Shown: positions 58,120-64,000 of the stretch, one piece after another | How positions within the stretch are numbered: the stretch's first letter is position 1 | Layout of the letters: each line of letters starts with the position of its first letter | From: Elusimicrobiota bacterium | Lineage (GTDB): Bacteria; Elusimicrobiota; Elusimicrobia; Elusimicrobiales; UBA9959 | Assembly (NCBI GenBank): GCA_030651035.1 | Contig: JAUSCK010000277.1 | Location: forward strand, 7,711 to 71,710 | Direction of reading: 5' to 3' | DNA length: 64,000 bases | The notes under the pieces: generated by a model | Databases searched by the model: none | Told to the model about the DNA's origin: nothing | The model's input: only the letters and a program-made list of their open reading frames with translations | Program-made: the position numbers and the translations under genes

Positions 58120-59472
58120 CTAGAACTTGTACGCCAGCGCGGCTTTTACGCCGGAGAACTCGTCCTGCTTGGTGACCTCGCTGTCGCCCATGATCTTGCG
58201 GGCGGTAACGTCCAGCGACAGGTTCTGAACTTTCAGCCCCGCTCCCGCGGCTACCGAATTGTAGAAGGTCTCCACTTTTGTAAGGTCGTCCTGGAAGTCC
58301 ATCCTCTTGACCGAGCCGCGCACGGCGAACCATGGAAGCAGCCAGACCTCGGCCCCCCCGGCCATGGTGACGCAGGAATTATCGTCGTGCGTGCCGGAAA
58401 ACACATTATTGTTATAAACGTCGTAGCTCAGCGTCAGCTCCTCCACCTGGGCGCCCAGGAGGAAGCGGCCGTCGAAAAAGCGGAAAGAGGCGGCTAAAGT
58501 CTTCAGCCTGTGCTGACTTTCGGCCTTCTTGCCTTTGTTTCCCTGGATATAGTCGAGCTTTTCGTAGCCCATAGCCAGAGTAAGAGGGGTCCCCTCCGGT
58601 TTCCACTCTAACCGCGTTCCCAGCTCCACGTTCGCCGAGGTGACATTGGATTTGCCCCCTCCGGAAGTGCGGTCGCCGGACAGGTTGGATACGGAAGCCC
58701 GCAAGGCGCCCGTAACGCTTTTGTGCGGTTTTATCATGGTCTGGACGCCCAAAAGCGGGCCGCTGCGCTTGATCTCTAACGCACCGGCCGCCGCCTTCAT
58801 GCCCCTGTTAACATAATCCGCGGTGAACCCGACGTCAACGATGCCTGACCGGAACGCGAGCGCGGCGCCCGCGGAGGTGTTCGGCAGCTCCAGGCCGGAG
58901 CTGGCCCGCTTGGCGGTGTTCGTGTTCGCGTGCAGGCCCAGCCGCGCGCCTTCGCCGCCCAGGGAAATAGCGGCTCCCGCGCCGCTCTTTTTATCCTCGC
59001 CGGGGCTCGCTGAACCCGCGGCCTCCTGCCGCAGCTGCGAAGCCTCCGCCTCAAAGGTCCAGAAGCGGACGTAAGCGCCGCCAGCCTCGCCGGAATACTC
59101 CTTGTCCTTGATCCCGGCGCTGTTGTAGGTGGTGCCGGAAAGGCCGCCCGCCGCAACCTTAAGCATGGGTGCGCCGGGCCGTATATCCGCGCGGTTGTCT
59201 CCCCAGTTCTCAAGCGTCAGCCGGCCGCTCTCGTCGTCCACCGCCAGGTCCATCTGCAAGGTCTCGACCCTGGCGCTGTGCAGGCGCTCGGTCCGGTCCC
59301 GGAAAGGCCTTGCCATATACTGGAAAAAATCGCTCCTCAAGGCAGGGTCGGCCGCCAGCACAGCGGCATTATCCCCGGCCAACAGCATCATTTCATGGTT
59401 TTGGAACTGCGCCCGTGCGTCCCCGGCGGCAAAAAGCAGGCAGATAAACAGCAGTCTGGCGGCATTCTTCAT
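58120..59472 (-). CDS. Outer-membrane beta-barrel protein (unknown family)
   Basis: Signal peptide MKNAARLLFICLLFAAGDARAQ, alternating strands and a C-terminal ...ALAYKF (terminal Phe). GAGGAGA SD. Confidence 0.65.
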   Translation of the reverse strand: MKNAARLLFICLLFAAGDARAQFQNHEMMLLAGDNAAVLAADPALRSDFFQYMARPFRDRTERLHSARVETLQMDLAVDDESGRLTLENWGDNRADIRPGAPMLKVAAGGLSGTTYNSAGIKDKEYSGEAGGAYVRFWTFEAEASQLRQEAAGSASPGEDKKSGAGAAISLGGEGARLGLHANTNTAKRASSGLELPNTSAGAALAFRSGIVDVGFTADYVNRGMKAAAGALEIKRSGPLLGVQTMIKPHKSVTGALRASVSNLSGDRTSGGGKSNVTSANVELGTRLEWKPEGTPLTLAMGYEKLDYIQGNKGKKAESQHRLKTLAASFRFFDGRFLLGAQVEELTLSYDVYNNNVFSGTHDDNSCVTMAGGAEVWLLPWFAVRGSVKRMDFQDDLTKVETFYNSVAAGAGLKVQNLSLDVTARKIMGDSEVTKQDEFSGVKAALAYKF

Positions 59473-59533
59473 TCTATATCTCCTCGGTCTGCGTATATAA
59501 AGTTATCCGGCAGCCGCCGTGCGGGCGGCGCGC

Positions 59534-59926
59534 CTACTTCCGGCTTTTCAGGATTTCCGCGATCTTAGCCAGCACTACCGACGGGGGGGTCATCTTGGCG
59601 AAAAAACAGATAAAGCCGGGCCTTGAGGCAAAAACCTTGTTCAGTTCGCTTTCCATGAAATTCTCACCGGTCATGACCACGAAAGGGATCTGGTCCAACC
59701 GGGGGTTCTTCTCCGCCCGGAGAGCGAGTTCCCGCATAAATTGCATACCTGACATTTGCGGCATTAAAACGTCCACGACCATGAATTCCGGGAGGCGCGC
59801 TTCAAGCGCTTCAAGCGCCTCAAGGCCATTCTCGGCCAGCGTCACCTCGTGCCCGGCTTCCTCAAAGATAAATTTAAAAAGTTCCCGTATAGTGGGTTCG
59901 TCGTCCACGATAAGTAATTTAGCCAT
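59534..59926 (-). CDS. Single-domain response regulator (CheY-like receiver)
   Basis: KLLIVDDEPTIRELF...MVVDVLMPQMSGMQF...PFVVMTG. 130 aa with no output domain. Confidence 0.9.
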   Translation of the reverse strand: MAKLLIVDDEPTIRELFKFIFEEAGHEVTLAENGLEALEALEARLPEFMVVDVLMPQMSGMQFMRELALRAEKNPRLDQIPFVVMTGENFMESELNKVFASRPGFICFFAKMTPPSVVLAKIAEILKSRK

Positions 59927-59935
59927 AAATTGGTC

Positions 59936-61369
59936 CTACCCCGGCTGCTCTTGCTGCGCCGCAGCCCCCGCGGCCGGCAGGGCGGTCTTGGGAATTGTAA
60001 AAATGAACTTGCTGCCCTTTCCGACTTCGGATTCCACCCAGATGCGCCCTTTATGGATCTCCACCGCCATCTTGCACATGGCCAGCCCCAGGCCGAAGCC
60101 CATGAACTTATGCTCCTCCAGCTGGAAGTGCTTTTCAAAAACCTCTTTTCGCTTCCCCTCCGGGATGCCGGGCCCGGTGTCCTCCACCGCGAACAGCATC
60201 TCGCCGCCGCTCTCCCGGCAGGAAAGCGTGATGCTCCCCCCCTCCGGGGTGAATTTAATGGAGTTGCCCAGCAGGTTGGTTATTACCCGCTCGAGCAGGA
60301 CGGCGTCTCCCGGGAACTCCAGTTTCTCCGGCGGCATAAGCACCGAAAACTTTATCCCTTTGCGGGCCGTCAGCGGCGCATGGACTTCGGAGATGCGCCC
60401 GGCCAGGGCGCCGGCATCGATATTTTCAAGCTTAAGCTCCATGGTGCCGCGCTCAAGCTTTATCGTGTTAAGGATGTCGTCTATCATCCCGTTGAGCCGT
60501 CTCGCGGAGCGCTGGACGATCAGCAGGTTCTTCGTAATATCCGGCAACTCAGCGGCTTTCTTCAGCAGGAGCTCCGTGTAACCCTGTATACTGGAAAGCG
60601 GGGACCGCATATCGTGCGTTATCATGTGGAAAAAAGTTTCTTTCGCCTCCGCGAGCTCTTTTTCCACCGTGACGTCGCGGATCACCAGGACGCGGCCCGG
60701 GCGGCTCAGAGTGGCCAGGCTGAACTGGTTAGCGATAATACGGAATTTTTTGACGATGCTGGAATCCTCGTCCTGAACAGGGACCTCGACCTCAACCTTC
60801 ATATATTTCTCGGCCGAAGCCATTATTTCGCGAAGAGCCGGCGAGAAAGCCTCTGTTTTCACCGAATCCGGCAGGACGACATCAAGCGAATGCCTGGGAA
60901 TGCCCAGGAGTTTGAGGGCGGTCTGGTTGGAATAGATCAGCCTTCCGCGGTCGTCCGCCAGCAGCACGCCGTCGGTAATGGTTTCCACGAGCGCCTGCGC
61001 TTTTCCCCGCTCTTCCACCACCTGGTTCAGGTGGAAGGCCCGGTAGGCGCTGAGCTCGAGCATCAGCCGGTTCAGCGCGGAGATAAGGCTGCCGGCCTCC
61101 GGCCAGCCTTCCTTCGGGAGCACCTCTTCAAGGCGGTAATCGGCCGCGACAAACTGCTTCACGCTGGCGGTCACTTTGTCCAGCGGCCGCGCCAGGCCGG
61201 CCAGGACCAGCATGGCGGCAAAAACGGAGGCCGCGGGGACCGAGACCGCGGCGATAAGCAAAGCGCGCTGATATTGAAGGCCGACCCCCGACGCGCAGAC
61301 GGCAAAGACAAGCAGCGGCAGCAGCGAAGCCGCGAACGTGAGAAGGTGCAGTCTATAATTTATCTTCAT
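59936..61369 (-). CDS. Sensor histidine kinase (TM-HAMP-PAS-HisKA-HATPase)
   Basis: H-box FFHMITHDMRSPLSSIQGY, N/G boxes LLGNSIKFT, VEDTGPGIP, GFGLGLAMCK. Two N-terminal TM segments. Confidence 0.9.
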   Translation of the reverse strand: MKINYRLHLLTFAASLLPLLVFAVCASGVGLQYQRALLIAAVSVPAASVFAAMLVLAGLARPLDKVTASVKQFVAADYRLEEVLPKEGWPEAGSLISALNRLMLELSAYRAFHLNQVVEERGKAQALVETITDGVLLADDRGRLIYSNQTALKLLGIPRHSLDVVLPDSVKTEAFSPALREIMASAEKYMKVEVEVPVQDEDSSIVKKFRIIANQFSLATLSRPGRVLVIRDVTVEKELAEAKETFFHMITHDMRSPLSSIQGYTELLLKKAAELPDITKNLLIVQRSARRLNGMIDDILNTIKLERGTMELKLENIDAGALAGRISEVHAPLTARKGIKFSVLMPPEKLEFPGDAVLLERVITNLLGNSIKFTPEGGSITLSCRESGGEMLFAVEDTGPGIPEGKRKEVFEKHFQLEEHKFMGFGLGLAMCKMAVEIHKGRIWVESEVGKGSKFIFTIPKTALPAAGAAAQQEQPG

Positions 61370-61452
61370 CTTTCATCAGACAGCTGCTCACCACGGGGCG
61401 GAGCTTCGCTCCACGCCGCCCGTGTCTCCGTTGTTTTCCCGCTTCCGGACGG

Positions 61453-62454
61453 TTACTTGATCTCCCAGGCGTCGGGACCGGCCAGCAGGGCCTCCAGCTC
61501 ATGCCCTTTGGTATCGCCCACCGCCTTCACCTGGTCGTAATAGAGCTCCTCGTAGGAAGGCTTGCGGACCGCCTTGAGCACGCCGAGCGGCACAGGGAAT
61601 TCCGGCTGGGTAAAGCCGCTTACAAGGTAGGCCATCTCGGAATTGGTCTCGTCGTAGACGGCTACATTTTCCGGCACCGTGCCGGCTTTGAACGAGATTA
61701 TCTCCGGACGGAAATTGCGGAAAACTATACCTTTATCCCTGTTCTTGCCGAACACCAGGGGCTTGCCGTGCTCGACCCGGAGCAGCAGGTCTTCCTTTGT
61801 GGCCGGGTCCTTAAGCGTGTCGAACTCCTTGTCGGTGAACGGCACGCATTTATGCAGCACCTCGACAAAAGCCGTGCCGTTGTGTTTCGCCGCCCGCTCG
61901 AGGATGGCCGAAGTGCCGGCGATATCGTTGTCTATGCCGCGCGCCACGAAGGTGCAGTCCAGCCCAACGGCGAACCGCGCCGGATTGAACGGGTAGTCGA
62001 TAGCGCCGAGCGGCGTGGTTTTGGTCCTGGAGCCCTGCAGGGTGGTGGGGGAGGCCTGGCCCTTGGTCATGGCGTAAATGCGGTTATTAAAAAGCACTAT
62101 CTTAAGGCCTATGTTGCGGCGTATGGTGTGCAGCATGTGGTTGCCGCCGATGGACAGCCCGTCGCCGTCGCCGGTAACCACCCACACGGCAAGCTCCGGG
62201 TTAGAAAGCTTCACCCCCGACGCCACCGGCAGCGCGCGGCCGTGCAGGGTATGGAACCCGTAGGTGCTCACATAATACGGGAAGCGGCTGGAGCAGCCTA
62301 TGCCGGAAATAACGGCGTATTTCTCCAGCGGCAGGCCCATGCCGGCCAGCGTCTTCTGTATCATTGCGAGTATGGCGAAATCGCCGCAGCCGGGGCACCA
62401 CTTCACCGGCAGGCCGGAAGAGAAGTTTTTAGCTGTAAGTTTTGTTTCTTCCAT
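61453..62454 (-). CDS. korB: 2-oxoacid:ferredoxin oxidoreductase beta subunit
   Basis: WCPGCGDFAIL, GIGCSSRFPYY and the TPP motif VVTGDGDGLSIGGNH...FNNRIYAMTKGQ. Confidence 0.9.
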   Translation of the reverse strand: MEETKLTAKNFSSGLPVKWCPGCGDFAILAMIQKTLAGMGLPLEKYAVISGIGCSSRFPYYVSTYGFHTLHGRALPVASGVKLSNPELAVWVVTGDGDGLSIGGNHMLHTIRRNIGLKIVLFNNRIYAMTKGQASPTTLQGSRTKTTPLGAIDYPFNPARFAVGLDCTFVARGIDNDIAGTSAILERAAKHNGTAFVEVLHKCVPFTDKEFDTLKDPATKEDLLLRVEHGKPLVFGKNRDKGIVFRNFRPEIISFKAGTVPENVAVYDETNSEMAYLVSGFTQPEFPVPLGVLKAVRKPSYEELYYDQVKAVGDTKGHELEALLAGPDAWEIK

Positions 62455-62458
62455 GATG

Positions 62459-64000
62459 TTAATTCCCCCTCAGGATCTCTTGAATTTTTGCCAGCACTTC
62501 GTCGGAATTGATCGGCTGGCCCTGCACCTTGTTAAGGCCCAGGGGTTCGAGCATATGCGCGGAGCGCAGCAGCAGCCTGAGCTGCCCCGAATTCTCCTCA
62601 GGCACCAGCACCTTCCGGAAACGCCGCATTATGGACCCCAGGTCCGGCGGCATCGGGAAAATGTGCCTGATATGGATGGAGGACACGTTGAGCCCGGCCT
62701 TGCGGGCCTCGCTGACGGCGGTTTTTATGGCGCCGTAGGTGGAGCCCCAGCCCACCACCAGCAGGTCGCCCTCGGCCTGGCCGTAGATCTTCGTGGGCGG
62801 GATCTCCCTGACCACCCTGGCCACTTTTTCGGCGCGAAGCTTGGTCATGCGCTCGTGGTTTTCCGGGTCGTAGCTGACGCCGCCCGTGATATCGGCTTTT
62901 TCAAGACCGCCGGCGCGGTATTCGTAGCCGGCCAGCCCGGGCCAGGTCCAGGGCCGGGCCAGTGTGTCCGGGTCGCGCATGAAGGGCTTGTAGTCAGCCG
63001 GTTCAGGCAGGGGGGGCAGGTGGAATTTAGGCAGTTCCGAGAGTTTGGGAATGCGGAAAGGCTCCGAGCCGCTTGAGAGATAGGAGTTGGAAAGCACTAT
63101 CACCGGCGTCATATATTTTACCGCTATGCGGGCGGCCTCCAGCGTGGTATTGAAGCAGTCCGAGGGGCTGGTAGCGGCCAGCACCACCAGGGGACATTCA
63201 CCGTGGCGTCCGTAAACGGCCTGCAGAAGGTCGGACTGCTCGGTTTTTGTGGGAAGCCCGGTTGACGGGCCGCCGCGCTGCACATTTATCACCACCAGGG
63301 GGAGCTCGGCTATGACGGCCAGCCCCAGCGCCTCGGTCTTAAGGGAAAGCCCGGGCCCGCTGGTGCCGGTGGCAGCCAGTTCTCCGGCGAACGCCGCCCC
63401 TATGGAGGAGCAGATGGCCGCTATCTCGTCTTCGGCCTGGAAGACCACCACGTCGGTGGCGCGGTGCTTGGAAAGGGTCTGCAGTATCTCGGAGGCCGGG
63501 GTGATGGGGTAGGACCCGCAGAAAAGCTTCTTCTTCAGGAGCTTCGCCGCGGTGATAAGGGCGTAGGCCACCGCTTCGTTCCCGGTGAGGTTGCGGTATT
63601 TGCCGGGGATCACGGGGCTCTTTTTAAGCTGGAACCTGGCGTCGAAGATCTCGGTGGTTTCGGCGTAGTCAAAACCCGCCAGCAGCACCTTGATGTTCGC
63701 AGCCGCCAGCTCCGGCGCCTTTTTAAATTTCGTTTTTATCCAGGCCCGCGTGGTCTCCAGCGGGAGGCCGTACATCCAGTAAAGCAGGCCCAGCAGGTAG
63801 AAATTCTTGCATTTCAGGACCTGGGTGCCGGTAAGGCCGGAATCCTTGAGGGCGCCTTCGGTCAGGGTGTTTACCGGCACGCCTATGACGCGGTAATTGG
63901 CCAGAGAGCCGTCCTCAAGGGGATTTGACGCGTAGCCGGCCTTCTCCAGCGCGGCCGGGGTGAAGGCGTCGGAGTTGGTTATGATGATAGAGCCTTTGTC
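62459..64000 (-). CDS. korA: 2-oxoacid:ferredoxin oxidoreductase alpha subunit with fused gamma domain (5' end outside the window)
   Basis: The frame stays open to nt 64000 (DKGSIIITNSDAFTPAALEKAGY...). GNEAVAYALI...GSYPITPASEI...GTSGPGLSL...VINVQRGGPSTGLPTK. The track M at 63880 is an internal GTG. Confidence 0.9.
   Translation of the reverse strand, partial: DKGSIIITNSDAFTPAALEKAGYASNPLEDGSLANYRVIGVPVNTLTEGALKDSGLTGTQVLKCKNFYLLGLLYWMYGLPLETTRAWIKTKFKKAPELAAANIKVLLAGFDYAETTEIFDARFQLKKSPVIPGKYRNLTGNEAVAYALITAAKLLKKKLFCGSYPITPASEILQTLSKHRATDVVVFQAEDEIAAICSSIGAAFAGELAATGTSGPGLSLKTEALGLAVIAELPLVVINVQRGGPSTGLPTKTEQSDLLQAVYGRHGECPLVVLAATSPSDCFNTTLEAARIAVKYMTPVIVLSNSYLSSGSEPFRIPKLSELPKFHLPPLPEPADYKPFMRDPDTLARPWTWPGLAGYEYRAGGLEKADITGGVSYDPENHERMTKLRAEKVARVVREIPPTKIYGQAEGDLLVVGWGSTYGAIKTAVSEARKAGLNVSSIHIRHIFPMPPDLGSIMRRFRKVLVPEENSGQLRLLLRSAHMLEPLGLNKVQGQPINSDEVLAKIQEILRGN

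Noticed and set aside
61370-61452. Terminator between korB and the histidine kinase gene (imperfect hairpin CACGGGGCGGAGC-TTCG-GCTCCACGCCGCCCGTG).
   Set aside because: The stem is mismatched and there is no U-tract. It may be a relative of the GCTTCGC loop inside the TIR elements, but I cannot support calling it a terminator.
1-64000. Prophage, integrative element, tRNA or rRNA genes.
   Set aside because: I found no integrase, transposase, phage structural motifs, tRNA-like T-arm sequences or rRNA signatures in either strand. The lower-GC RiPP/TA segment has no recognisable mobility genes or flanking direct repeats.

Overview
High-GC (about 60-65% by eye) bacterial window from a diderm, probably anaerobic lineage: it encodes outer-membrane barrels, pseudopilins, radical SAM and 2-oxoacid:ferredoxin oxidoreductase. 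Taxonomy cannot be assigned from the sequence alone. One uninterrupted minus-strand ORF (6691-34857, 9,388 aa) takes up 44% of the window. It encodes a Sec-signal-bearing repeat protein with about 50 Ig-like modules, FN3-like modules, two Trp-rich modules of about 420 aa, two lamin-tail-like segments and a C-terminal PQQ/BamB-like propeller. It sits in a co-directional minus-strand gene train of about 47 kb (48818 down to 1791). In order, the train encodes three minor-pilin-like proteins, two fused membrane/spermidine-synthase-fold proteins, an HprK-like kinase, an MNT/HEPN pair, a RiPP-like cassette, an Rrf2 regulator with promoter, leader hairpin and a perfect 10-bp inverted repeat, the giant gene, a propeller/FN3 protein with a T9SS-type C-terminal domain, and a PorV-like barrel. 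The RiPP-like cassette comprises PqqD, a 45-aa Cys-containing precursor absent from the ORF track, an S26B-type peptidase and an rSAM/SPASM enzyme. The flanks are ordinary: an ABC-2 exporter on the left; on the right a GT2, an S8 protease, an ECF sigma/anti-sigma pair, TPR-SpoIID, an OM barrel, a two-component system and KorAB (truncated at the window edge). Almost every intergenic spacer is built from short-word (7-9 nt) arrays, mostly arranged as inverted pairs, including four copies of a hairpin element with 28-nt terminal inverted repeats. Some arrays lie in frame inside coding regions. No rRNA, tRNA, CRISPR, transposase or integrase was seen.
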